Program-made: the position numbers and the translations under genes | IMG/VR virus record: IMGVR_UViG_3300010388_000228 | Coordinates: 1-64,000 of that record | DNA: 64,000 nucleotides | Reading direction: 5' to 3' (one strand) | Origin: a virus | The notes under the pieces: generated by a model | The model's database searches: none | What the model saw: only the letters and a program-made list of their open reading frames with translations | Told to the model about the DNA's origin: nothing | In this document: positions 26,087-35,686 of the stretch, in pieces | Position numbering within the stretch: the first letter of the stretch is position 1 | How the letters are laid out: each line of letters starts with the position of its first letter

Positions 26087-29065
26087 TTAAAAAGAGATTG
26101 AGCTAAGTCCAGGTGCTTTCTCTGCTTTATATTTGTTTAGATATTCTGCAATTTCTGGTTTTAAATATGCAACCGATGGAAATGGTTCTCTTCTAAGATG
26201 TAGCAGTATATTTTCCGGTGAATGTTTTCTTTTTTCTAAATAATGCATATAGCGTTTTACATGAAAAAGCTCGATTTCTTGAGGTGATAACCTCGTAATT
26301 ATGTTAGGTACAAGATTTAACATATTTTCCAGTACTGCTTCATATTCTGGGTCGTCTTTATAGTATTGGTATAACTCCTCTAGTTTTCTTTCAACATTAG
26401 CATCTATTTCACCTGCGTTAACGATTGCAGTATTTAATAGTTCAGGAGTTAGTAGCTGCATTGGGAAGTTATAGAGTAATGCTTTAATTCCACCATTAGT
26501 AAATCCTTTATAGTTTAATTTATCTAACCAAGGTTTTTCTGTTTCTGGAATATAGTCTGGTACTAAATCTTGTACGGATGCAATTAGATACGGATCTCGC
26601 TCTACCATAAGCTCTAATACTCGTTTAAACTTGAGGGGATCAACTTCATACATTTGAGCTAGATAAAACGGGTATGGTAGTGTACCTAGATCACTAACTG
26701 GTAGACGTTTAAATAATTCAACAACCATTTCAGGATGTCTGTCTGTTATGAGACTAAAGCTCATATATAAGGTAGACTTACTAAATTCTTTACATATAGT
26801 ATTAACAACCCATTCAAAGTTTTTATCAACAAAATCAGGAGTTAAGTTTCTTACAAATTCTGCCAAGTTAATGTTAGCGGCATACGCTAACACATCAAAC
26901 CAATCATTGTTATTATATTTGTTAGCTTGCTTCAATGCATAGTTATTAATAAAGGCTATATATGAACCATTACTATATTCAAGCGAGTGTTTGTAATATG
27001 CAATTAACTTATCATATTCTTCATCAGATACACCATGGTCTCTTGAAGCTATTGCAATATCAGCAGCTAAGGAATTATCTAACCGTCTATCTGTTTTTTG
27101 TACCATCTTTAGTGTTGTAGATATGTTACCTCTATAGTCAATTGGTAATTCAAAATACGATTCAGGACATAACTTTACAGCAATTGATATTAAATCTTCT
27201 CGTTCTTCAGGCGGTAATTGTTTAAAAGCGGGAGTAAACATTGGTGTAATAATTTGGTATCTAGTTGGTTCTACAGTAAGAATATATTTTTTGAAATAGT
27301 CATATGTTTGGAATTCTATTGGCACTGCCTTGTGGGATGATAATTCACCCGCCTTTATACAGATTTTCATATATTCATCATCAGATACTGAACCAGGAGT
27401 AACCGAATCAACTATTTCTTTTACTTTGTCTAATCGGTCGCTGCCATAACTTCTATATTCAATGTGTTTAAGACGAGCCATTGAGGATAGGTATGTTTTA
27501 ATTTCAGCCGGTAGTAAATCTAATAATTCATTTTCTGTATCGTATTGTAATACTAACGAAGCTAATTCATTATGTTGGTCTTTAGTGAAGGGTAGTGTAT
27601 TAAACAATTCGTAAAACTCTGTCAATGAACTTTCAGCCCATCTTTCACGATTTGCTGCAGATGCATGACATATTTCATATGTTCTTTTTTCTACAGGAAT
27701 AGCCTTTAATAGTTCACTTCTTTTTGTAACTGCTTGTATTGCTAGTTCTTCATATGTAGGTGCTCTAAGAGGAACTAGTTCAATCGATTCAGGATTCCAT
27801 CTAATTACTTCAGACATAATTTTGTGATTGCTGCGAATCTTAGCACTTGCAAATCCTAACAACGATGAATCACGATTTAACGCATCAATAATTCGGTCTT
27901 CATAATTTTTAAGCTCTTCTGGAGCGTAAATAATAATACTTCTGTCAGCTGTTATAGCTTCTTCCCATGCATCTAGTGATGTATTAACTTTGCCAGTATC
28001 GTCAACTAGTGCTGCTAATCCTCGTGCATTTCGTACTGCAGTATCTCTAAATTCGGGAATAGCTCTAATAAACTCCGGTGCTCTTAAAAAGTCAATTGGA
28101 TACTTTTCTATCTGGCCAGTAATCAACGATGGTTTTTGATCTGCAATTGCTTTTACATCTGCCGGTTCAAAATCAAATACAGAAAAGTCATTAGCCGGTT
28201 GATATGAGTTGTTACCAATACCACTTATTAAATCACTAAGCATTAATTTTAAAATAGCTGGGCGATATCTATGAGCAGGTTTTGAATTCTTAGGACCTTT
28301 TGTTTGATATAACATTTTATCTTGCGGATCCCATTCAAATGTTAACTCGGGCCATATAGGTCTTTTAGTACGAAGGCTTAATAAGTTGCCACCGGCTGTT
28401 TGACATGAACCACAATGTCCCATTGCTTTTGATTCAAACTCGTGCCCGTGATGTGGTAACCACCACCAATCATATTTGTTATCTACCGGTAATATTACTT
28501 GATCGCCTTCCATTAGTTCAATGTCTGGACGGGCTGCTAATTTACGAGCTGCTTCGTTTTCTGCATGTATTCTTTGTTCAGCTGCTGTTGCATTAGTAAT
28601 AAGATTATCAACTTGTGTAGTAGCTGGTCTAATTGCTTTAACTAGATCCTTAATGTACTGCGAGTCAGCATATTCAGATGTAAAGAAATGTGCTAGCTCA
28701 GTGTTTAGTGAATTAAAATCAGTAAATTGATATTCACCGATCATTGCAGCAAACTTACCTGCAAATTTAGGATCGTTTTGTTTATAAAACGTTTCGAGTA
28801 GTGTTAGGTACCATTGCATTGCTTGTTCAGATGGTTTAACACCTGACTTAAATGCCTGTTCAGCAAACTGAACTAATGCCGCTAATTGATTTTCATCTGG
28901 AACAGACGGATCTCCTGGGATTGCAGGTTCTGCAGGCCCCCATTGTGTTGCAGGCTTCTCAGGAAACCCAGCTCTTAGTTGAGCAAAATCTTTTTGCAAT
29001 TTAGCAACTTTAGTATCGTATGCTTCAAAAAGATTTATTGTTTCGTATAATTCGCGTAAACGCAT
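26087..29065 (-). CDS. PcfJ-like domain plus helical repeats (paralog 1)
   Basis: MRLRELYE; ESKAMGHCG..LLSLR..LTFE..QTKGPKN; RTYEICHAS. Confidence 0.65.
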   Translation of the reverse strand: MRLRELYETINLFEAYDTKVAKLQKDFAQLRAGFPEKPATQWGPAEPAIPGDPSVPDENQLAALVQFAEQAFKSGVKPSEQAMQWYLTLLETFYKQNDPKFAGKFAAMIGEYQFTDFNSLNTELAHFFTSEYADSQYIKDLVKAIRPATTQVDNLITNATAAEQRIHAENEAARKLAARPDIELMEGDQVILPVDNKYDWWWLPHHGHEFESKAMGHCGSCQTAGGNLLSLRTKRPIWPELTFEWDPQDKMLYQTKGPKNSKPAHRYRPAILKLMLSDLISGIGNNSYQPANDFSVFDFEPADVKAIADQKPSLITGQIEKYPIDFLRAPEFIRAIPEFRDTAVRNARGLAALVDDTGKVNTSLDAWEEAITADRSIIIYAPEELKNYEDRIIDALNRDSSLLGFASAKIRSNHKIMSEVIRWNPESIELVPLRAPTYEELAIQAVTKRSELLKAIPVEKRTYEICHASAANRERWAESSLTEFYELFNTLPFTKDQHNELASLVLQYDTENELLDLLPAEIKTYLSSMARLKHIEYRSYGSDRLDKVKEIVDSVTPGSVSDDEYMKICIKAGELSSHKAVPIEFQTYDYFKKYILTVEPTRYQIITPMFTPAFKQLPPEEREDLISIAVKLCPESYFELPIDYRGNISTTLKMVQKTDRRLDNSLAADIAIASRDHGVSDEEYDKLIAYYKHSLEYSNGSYIAFINNYALKQANKYNNNDWFDVLAYAANINLAEFVRNLTPDFVDKNFEWVVNTICKEFSKSTLYMSFSLITDRHPEMVVELFKRLPVSDLGTLPYPFYLAQMYEVDPLKFKRVLELMVERDPYLIASVQDLVPDYIPETEKPWLDKLNYKGFTNGGIKALLYNFPMQLLTPELLNTAIVNAGEIDANVERKLEELYQYYKDDPEYEAVLENMLNLVPNIITRLSPQEIELFHVKRYMHYLEKRKHSPENILLHLRREPFPSVAYLKPEIAEYLNKYKAEKAPGLSSISF

Positions 29066-29102
29066 CTCGTAAATCCTTTAAATATAGTTTCTAGTATTTA
29101 TG

Positions 29103-30506
29103 CTAAAATTCGTCTACGTCTAAATTGTTTATTAGGTCTCTTAGTGCAGTGCTTTGTATTCCAGCTGTTACTTTTGCAGTAGGTGCATCGCCTTCTACTG
29201 TGTTTCTATTTTTAATTGAGTTTAATAGTGAACTACCTGCCGACATTGTACTAGCATTACCATATCCTTGTTCTTCTTCTAAGTCTGTAATACGTAATGT
29301 ATCAATATCATATTCTAAGTCAATTTTCATACCTACGCCGGAACTACTACGTGTTTTCATAAGTTGGATTTGATATCTGCCACGTTCGCGCATAGCTCTT
29401 GATGTAAAGATACCAAACACGTTATCAGCAGTTTGAATTTTAGATAGTCCGCCTGAGATATGACTATGGTCAAACTCTACTTCTTCTACTGCACCTCTAT
29501 TAAGCTGTGCCGCAGTAACAAATACACAATTCTTTTCTACTGCTAAGTTTCTTAATTCTTCTGATACATACTTGTCTTTAATGAATAAGTCTGCCGGACT
29601 AATCTTTTTGGACATTGGCATTAACAAGTCTAAGTAATCTACTAGTAGCACGTCAACTTTTCTATCTGTTTTAATTTCGTATTCTTTTAAGTATGATCTA
29701 ATATCGTTTGCTGTTTTGCCAGATGGCATGTATTTTACTTGTAATGATCCGGACTTCTTACCAATCATTCTAACTTTAAGTTCTACATCTTCAATGTTTT
29801 TAAATACTTCTCTAGTTGAGATACCTGTTATCATACTATCAATACGCATTGATACAAGTTCTTCACTAAGCTCTAGTGTAAGGTAAACTACGTTAAATCC
29901 TGCTAGTGCCCAGTTAACGCCTAAGTTAGCTAAGAATAAAGATTTACCTGCGCCTGATCCACCTGCAAAAATATTAAGTTCGCCTCTATTCATACCACCA
30001 AACAGTTTATCATCCATGTTCTTCCAACCAGTAGATACTTGTCCGTTCTTATCTTTAATCTTCATAAGTCGTTCACGTGGATTAGCAAAGTAATCTGTAC
30101 CTAAGTCTTTCTGTAAACCAATTTGTACTGCTTGTTTAATTTTATCTTCTACTGGGCCATATTCGCCCTTTTCTAACAAGTCTGCTGATTCGTTAATAGC
30201 ACGTTCGAGACCTTTGTGTCTAATAAACGTTTCAAAGTCATTAAGTAGCCAATCGTAATGTTCTTCCTTAAGTCCGTCTACTTCTTTAAAGTCACTTTGT
30301 GTAGCAGCATTAACAATTTCTAATGTTGGCATTACGTTGTGTTCATCAACATAGCTGTTTATAAAGTCTGCTGATTTTTGTAATTTGCGATCAAACAATC
30401 TGTAATCAAAAATGGATTGGCATCTAACAAATGTAGCTGCATCGCTTATCATCATTTCTAAGTACAACTTTTGTATATCGTACCCATAGTCTACGTTTTG
30501 TGCCAT
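29103..30506 (-). CDS. gp41: DnaB/gp41-like replicative helicase
   Basis: GGSGAGKS Walker A, TLELSE, LVDYLDL, TAAQLNR, MKTR. Confidence 0.9.
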   Translation of the reverse strand: MAQNVDYGYDIQKLYLEMMISDAATFVRCQSIFDYRLFDRKLQKSADFINSYVDEHNVMPTLEIVNAATQSDFKEVDGLKEEHYDWLLNDFETFIRHKGLERAINESADLLEKGEYGPVEDKIKQAVQIGLQKDLGTDYFANPRERLMKIKDKNGQVSTGWKNMDDKLFGGMNRGELNIFAGGSGAGKSLFLANLGVNWALAGFNVVYLTLELSEELVSMRIDSMITGISTREVFKNIEDVELKVRMIGKKSGSLQVKYMPSGKTANDIRSYLKEYEIKTDRKVDVLLVDYLDLLMPMSKKISPADLFIKDKYVSEELRNLAVEKNCVFVTAAQLNRGAVEEVEFDHSHISGGLSKIQTADNVFGIFTSRAMRERGRYQIQLMKTRSSSGVGMKIDLEYDIDTLRITDLEEEQGYGNASTMSAGSSLLNSIKNRNTVEGDAPTAKVTAGIQSTALRDLINNLDVDEF

Positions 30507-31484
30507 TTAATATCCTTTAAAAAATTGTTTTGCTCTTAGTTGAATCTTAAGTGCATAGTTTTGTTTTGCATTGATAATTAGCCATAGTGTAGCTAATCTA
30601 CCAAGTTTAATGACTGCATCATTAACGTCCTTAACGCCTTCAGGCCATTCTGGCATGCTAACAGACCAACCATATTCAATAGCTTGTTCTACAGTAGCAG
30701 GGCCTTCGTGATCTCTGTCAGGTACTAAGATAATTTCTTTGTTTAATCTTTTTAATAACCAATCTTGTTTATCTTTAATTTGTGATCCAAGTATAGCACA
30801 CCCGTCTATACTAATAGCATCAATTGGACCTTCACATACAATAACAAACTTACGTTCATACACTTGCCGATCTAAGTTGAATACAAAATTAGGTTGTTGT
30901 TCTGAAAAGTATCTTGGGTTTTTGTTTGACCCAACACGTCTTGCAGTATAACCTACTAATCTATTTTCGTAGTAGTATGGAATAATTAGTCGATCATTAA
31001 ATCCTGTTTTAGGAGTCCAATGAAACGGATAGTCGTCTATACATAAGTTACGTTCAGCCATGTATTCTAATATAGGGAATAATTTTTCGGGTACATTATC
31101 TAAAAATGAAGTAATAGGTGCTGCATTTATTGGTAGTGTACGATTTTCAAACTTAGGTAGCATGGTTTCTAGTAACACAGTTTCTGATGCTTCTAGTCTA
31201 AATGCTTCTAAGCTAAGTTTAGATATTTCTGAATCACTCATATGCAAGTAACGCATAAAGTCTTTCATGTTTTTACTAATGTGCCGACCTGGTTGCCAAC
31301 TAGCTTTAAACGAGCAATTGAAGCAATGAAAGGTAACTGCGTCGCCGTCGTTTATAATAAATCCGCCACGATAACGGGTATCCTGGCAACAAGGAGCGTT
31401 GCCAGTTATCCATCCACTTGGGGTTCTTTTAGTTCGTCTACCAGATTGCCAGTACATTAACAATGTATCGGTAATAAGGTTCAT
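30507..31484 (-). CDS. gp61: DNA primase (gp61-like, Toprim)
   Basis: N-terminal Cys motifs (APCC, HCFNC), GYTARR, CEGPIDA, PDRD, KDVND. Confidence 0.85.
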   Translation of the reverse strand: MNLITDTLLMYWQSGRRTKRTPSGWITGNAPCCQDTRYRGGFIINDGDAVTFHCFNCSFKASWQPGRHISKNMKDFMRYLHMSDSEISKLSLEAFRLEASETVLLETMLPKFENRTLPINAAPITSFLDNVPEKLFPILEYMAERNLCIDDYPFHWTPKTGFNDRLIIPYYYENRLVGYTARRVGSNKNPRYFSEQQPNFVFNLDRQVYERKFVIVCEGPIDAISIDGCAILGSQIKDKQDWLLKRLNKEIILVPDRDHEGPATVEQAIEYGWSVSMPEWPEGVKDVNDAVIKLGRLATLWLIINAKQNYALKIQLRAKQFFKGY

Positions 31485-31513
31485 AGGATTAGTTAATTTA
31501 AAAGTATATTATA

Positions 31514-32347
31514 CTACCAAACAGTTACTTTGTCAACTGTTCCGGTTGGATTAATTGGACTATTACCTTGATATAATATACGGATATATTTGAAGTCGCC
31601 TACAGGAATACTAACCTGTACAGGATTACTGTTAGGCAACGATGCTTGTAGTATGTTATGCTGAGTAGCATGTAAGAATGAGTTAACACTAATTGTTGAA
31701 TCAGTAGTACCTTCGTACCAAATTCTTCCAATAAATCCAGTAGTTGCAATTTCAACTGCTAACTCAGTAGTTGGGATTGCTTCATAATATGTAGTAGGGA
31801 TGCAACTAGAATGATACACCACTTTACCCATGAAATCAATTTCACCTGTAAATGTTTTATATATTTTATCATTGCGAAACGTAGACATTGCATTACCAAT
31901 TAATTCGATAGTTCCTACTGCACCAAATTTAGTATCGGCGTATAATAACACATCTAACCCAGTTGCTGCACTAATTGCGCTAACACTATATTTTAAGAAT
32001 TGGGGTGATAAATTTTCTACATCTTCTTGAGGAATAGTTACTCTAGCAATACCTATTTTAGGTACTTGAGTGGTTGGGTTGTTAACTTGAATTAATTCGT
32101 ATGGACTATTAGGTAACGCAGTACCAGACACATCCATAATATTTAATTCAATATGATTTAATGTAGCTAGATTAATTCGTTTTTGGTCTGCATTCTTAAT
32201 GTCAAACTCGATGGTATTATCAATACCATTGTATATTTTTACGTTTCTTTGATACACTGATGTAAACTCCACTGAATATCCGTCCAGATCGGCAAGAAGT
32301 TCGATCCGGTTTGGGTATAAATAACTTGATATTTTTTGCATTGGCAA
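31514..32347 (-). CDS. hypothetical beta-rich protein, possibly structural
   Basis: 277-aa ORF preceded by ATAAATA. Confidence 0.55.
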   Translation of the reverse strand: MPMQKISSYLYPNRIELLADLDGYSVEFTSVYQRNVKIYNGIDNTIEFDIKNADQKRINLATLNHIELNIMDVSGTALPNSPYELIQVNNPTTQVPKIGIARVTIPQEDVENLSPQFLKYSVSAISAATGLDVLLYADTKFGAVGTIELIGNAMSTFRNDKIYKTFTGEIDFMGKVVYHSSCIPTTYYEAIPTTELAVEIATTGFIGRIWYEGTTDSTISVNSFLHATQHNILQASLPNSNPVQVSIPVGDFKYIRILYQGNSPINPTGTVDKVTVW

Positions 32348-32365
32348 TATCCTTTATATATATTT

Positions 32366-32740
32366 ATGGCAAACTTAAGAGATAACATAGAACACAATTT
32401 ACCATTTATTAGTGTACTTAATTACGGAAACGATGAATACGTTGGAATAATCATCAACCAAGATCAATACGTAACAAGTTTCTACGACTTAAATGCAATA
32501 TTAACTGCTGAAGATAAAGCAACCTTTTTAGAGATCGGCGAAATATGGTGGTGGGAATCAAATAGACAATTTCCAATTTCAATATTTTGTAGAGAAGAGA
32601 TACGACCGTTTGCGTATGCTATTAAAACATTCAATAGTAAAGATACTCGAATAATATTAGGTCCAGTAGTAAATCTAATGAACCTAACTGTTAAACGAGT
32701 TAAACGCAAATCAGTTCAACTCGTTCGAAAACCTTCTTAA
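32366..32740 (+). CDS. hypothetical protein
   Basis: MANLRDNI...; divergent from the upstream gene. Confidence 0.6.
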   Translation: MANLRDNIEHNLPFISVLNYGNDEYVGIIINQDQYVTSFYDLNAILTAEDKATFLEIGEIWWWESNRQFPISIFCREEIRPFAYAIKTFNSKDTRIILGPVVNLMNLTVKRVKRKSVQLVRKPS

Positions 32741-33294
32741 ACCTGTTCGCAAATTAAATTCATTTGAACCACAATAGCCATTGCATAAGCAATAGCATGC
32801 GATTTACGAAACGCGTAGCCTGAGTCAGTGTCGTTGTGTTCCCATATTTCGGTCATCACCGTAGTCCATTCTTTCCCAATCAAATAGCGTTTCGCCGGTC
32901 TTATCATTGCTAGGACTGCAGCTAATTGTTCCACCGAAGTCGGCTGCATCTGTCTCAGAATATCTATATGCCCGTTTATATGAAATAGTAGATTTAGAAA
33001 GTCTTCTTGAAGTAAAAGTTCCCATATTGGTTCAGTTCCCATTAATTGTAATAGATGATCGTTGTTTCTAACGTCTTTGTATATCATAACGTTTAGAAAG
33101 TCAATCTTAAAATATCCCCTGTCTTCGGCTTCTTTATAGTCAATTGTGCTTACACCTGTTATTGGATTATGCGGTATATTATGACAATAAACGCCTGTAT
33201 TATGTTTCTTTTGAGTACTAATAGCTGCCGTGACGTGTTTTAACTTAGACAATGCATCATCTCTATTAGCAAAGTCGATGTCAATATCCGGCAT
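32737..33294 (-). CDS. dnaE: miniature DNA polymerase III alpha (DnaE)-like catalytic fragment
   Basis: MPDIDIDF, HNTGVY, YFKIDFL, LAMIRP, YAFRKSHAIAYA are DnaE motifs; start reassigned to the MPD methionine. Confidence 0.8.
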   Translation of the reverse strand: MPDIDIDFANRDDALSKLKHVTAAISTQKKHNTGVYCHNIPHNPITGVSTIDYKEAEDRGYFKIDFLNVMIYKDVRNNDHLLQLMGTEPIWELLLQEDFLNLLFHINGHIDILRQMQPTSVEQLAAVLAMIRPAKRYLIGKEWTTVMTEIWEHNDTDSGYAFRKSHAIAYAMAIVVQMNLICEQV

Positions 33295-33348
33295 TGGTAA
33301 TGAACCTCCATTGAATATTTGGTATTGTTTCAACCTCAATATTTATGC

Positions 33349-34041
33349 TCATATGTTACTCTCCTTAACCACAGTTTTTACAAGCTCTGCGTCAGCTGAT
33401 AATTTATGAAATCGATGCATCCAAAATGGAATATCTAACACACTACTTACTGCTGCAAGTTGCTCGTCATTAAATCTTTTAATCATTAGTTTACCTGAAT
33501 TAGAATTTAACACAATCCATGGGCTTATTTTACCGTCTTTAATATCGTACATTGCCCTGTTTAAACTTACATACAGAAAATAATGATTCCACTGTGCGTT
33601 ATTAGTATCACCCCATGCTAGCATATGATTAATACTACGTTCTAACGCAGTCTCTACACATTCTGTTTTAATTAGATCTACTACATATCTATCATACAGC
33701 TCATCTCTGCACCAATGATCTAATTTAGTCCCGCTTGTTACTACATATGAAATAAACTTATCAGGATACAGTGGCTTTACATTACTAACAAAACTACCAA
33801 ACTTAACAAACGCATTATAATAAGGACTTTTGCAGAAGTTCTCATATGTCTTAACACCCTGAAAGTTTTGTGTTTTTTGAAAGAATACGTTGTATGTTTC
33901 AAACCCTATAACTACATGTTTTTCTTTCTGTGCTAATGCTCTGCGCTTTGATTCACACACGTGAACCATAAGAGTAGATTCTTTTACAAATTTACTCCTG
34001 CAGTATTGACATTCAAATGGTTTAGTTTCTAAACTCATCAT
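33349..34041 (-). CDS. hypothetical protein with N-terminal Zn finger
   Basis: FECQYC..F..E.TL..HVC. Confidence 0.65.
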   Translation of the reverse strand: MMSLETKPFECQYCRSKFVKESTLMVHVCESKRRALAQKEKHVVIGFETYNVFFQKTQNFQGVKTYENFCKSPYYNAFVKFGSFVSNVKPLYPDKFISYVVTSGTKLDHWCRDELYDRYVVDLIKTECVETALERSINHMLAWGDTNNAQWNHYFLYVSLNRAMYDIKDGKISPWIVLNSNSGKLMIKRFNDEQLAAVSSVLDIPFWMHRFHKLSADAELVKTVVKESNI

Positions 34042-34541
34042 TTAAGTTTCTTTTTAATATAGGTATCTTCAAATCCATAGTCTTTAGCTAATCTAGTTAA
34101 CTCTTTAGCAGGAGTTAGTTTTGCTAACATCTCAACTTCATCCATTTTCATAGTTGGGTTAATTTCAGCTAAAAATTTTACTTTTTTATTATCACTACCC
34201 TCTTTCTTTTTAAATCCAATCCACTTATGAAAATAGATTGTATTATTATCGTAACTACACATACATAGCAACAACCATACTAATTTAGGATGGTGTTGTA
34301 ATAAAAACCAATCCTTGTTATAATAATCATTTACTGTACATACAAAATGTTCTTGTATTTTACGCGATTGTCCTTCGACATTACTAATAAATCGATTTAA
34401 AATAAAGAAATCGCCTTTAAGTGATTTTTTATTTTCGTCGCTAAGTGCATCCCACAAGTATCGCATATTAGTGTCAACTGCTTCTAATTTTTCACTTAAC
34501 TTAATTTCGCTTTGAATTTCAGGTTGTAATTCTTCTTTCAT
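34038..34541 (-). CDS. possible clamp-loader small subunit (gp62-like)
   Basis: FILNRFIS..N....L..H.KL...L....KW..KK pattern; replication context. Confidence 0.45.
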   Translation of the reverse strand: MKEELQPEIQSEIKLSEKLEAVDTNMRYLWDALSDENKKSLKGDFFILNRFISNVEGQSRKIQEHFVCTVNDYYNKDWFLLQHHPKLVWLLLCMCSYDNNTIYFHKWIGFKKKEGSDNKKVKFLAEINPTMKMDEVEMLAKLTPAKELTRLAKDYGFEDTYIKKKLK

Positions 34542-34543
34542 TT

Positions 34544-35170
34544 TTATTCTTCCTTAGGTACAATTGATGCTTCAAATGATACAACAGTTCTATTGCCAAT
34601 GCCCGACCATGGATTTACCGTATGCGATAAACAGCTAGGAAACAGAACATATGTTCCAGGAGTTGCATCAGTTTGCCATGTGTCTTGCATTATAAATCTG
34701 GATATATCCTTAGTTTGTGGTAATTTTAATACAAACTTTCCATCGGATGGATTACTTGTTGTATCTAACTCAGGTACACTAATGTATATGTTTCCGCTAA
34801 TGTTACTGCCTAAATGACTATGCAATGTTTGATAACTTCCTGATGTTTGGCGTGTAGTCCATACATTAGTAACTACCGGCTTGCAAATTTTAAGATCTGA
34901 CGAACCTGAATGTTCTGATATAATATCTATATAATCTTGTGAAATCTTTGTTAACCATTGCGTAAGCCATAGTACATTTAATTCAATTCGTGATGGTTGA
35001 ATTTGAATATGTTGGCCGCCTCGTACATTTACAAATGGATTATTAGTTTCATTTAAATCGATACGACTATGCAAGTCCTCAACTAAATTAAATAGTTTAC
35101 TAAATTCAACAGGCGGAACTTGATCCGCCGCAACAATAGTTGGCGTAAAATATGCTACTTTATATGCCAT
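34544..35170 (-). CDS. 2OG-Fe(II) oxygenase (TIGR02466-like)
   Basis: HSH..NISGNIY..LFPSCLSHTV.P..RTVVSF. Confidence 0.8.
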   Translation of the reverse strand: MAYKVAYFTPTIVAADQVPPVEFSKLFNLVEDLHSRIDLNETNNPFVNVRGGQHIQIQPSRIELNVLWLTQWLTKISQDYIDIISEHSGSSDLKICKPVVTNVWTTRQTSGSYQTLHSHLGSNISGNIYISVPELDTTSNPSDGKFVLKLPQTKDISRFIMQDTWQTDATPGTYVLFPSCLSHTVNPWSGIGNRTVVSFEASIVPKEE

Positions 35171-35178
35171 AATATCTC

Positions 35179-35685
35179 CTATAACAGTTTATCTAAATGT
35201 ATCATCTCACTATGCCTTGATACTTCTTTTACAAAGAATGCACACTCAGGCTGGTTTGAGATTTGTAACGGTGTTGTTAGTAAATGCCCAACTTTTATTT
35301 TAGGAAAATACCATTTAATATCATTATAAAAATTTACTATCTCAATTGGGCTAAATTCAATTCTAAAGTCAGAGATTGGGTTAAACACAAGTGCGCTAAA
35401 CCCTCGATCGTTTAAGCTAGTTAATGGTAATATTTCAATGTTAGTTGCACTACTACTATCACCTACTGCTATGCACCAATCTATTGGCATCATGATTTCT
35501 TTACCTCCAATTTTTAAAACAATTGCAGGTGCGTTAAATGATTCTAAATATATTAGTGGCATAAAATAGAAATCTGGATCTTGCGGATTACTATTATCTA
35601 AGACACTAAATTTCATATTCTCATCAACTTCGTCTGGTAAATTATTCAACGAAAATGATTCGTTTGATGTTGTTAAAATTTGCAT
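35179..35685 (-). CDS. hypothetical protein
   Basis: 168-aa ORF in the operon after uvsW. Confidence 0.6.
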   Translation of the reverse strand: MQILTTSNESFSLNNLPDEVDENMKFSVLDNSNPQDPDFYFMPLIYLESFNAPAIVLKIGGKEIMMPIDWCIAVGDSSSATNIEILPLTSLNDRGFSALVFNPISDFRIEFSPIEIVNFYNDIKWYFPKIKVGHLLTTPLQISNQPECAFFVKEVSRHSEMIHLDKLL

Positions 35686-35686
35686 A

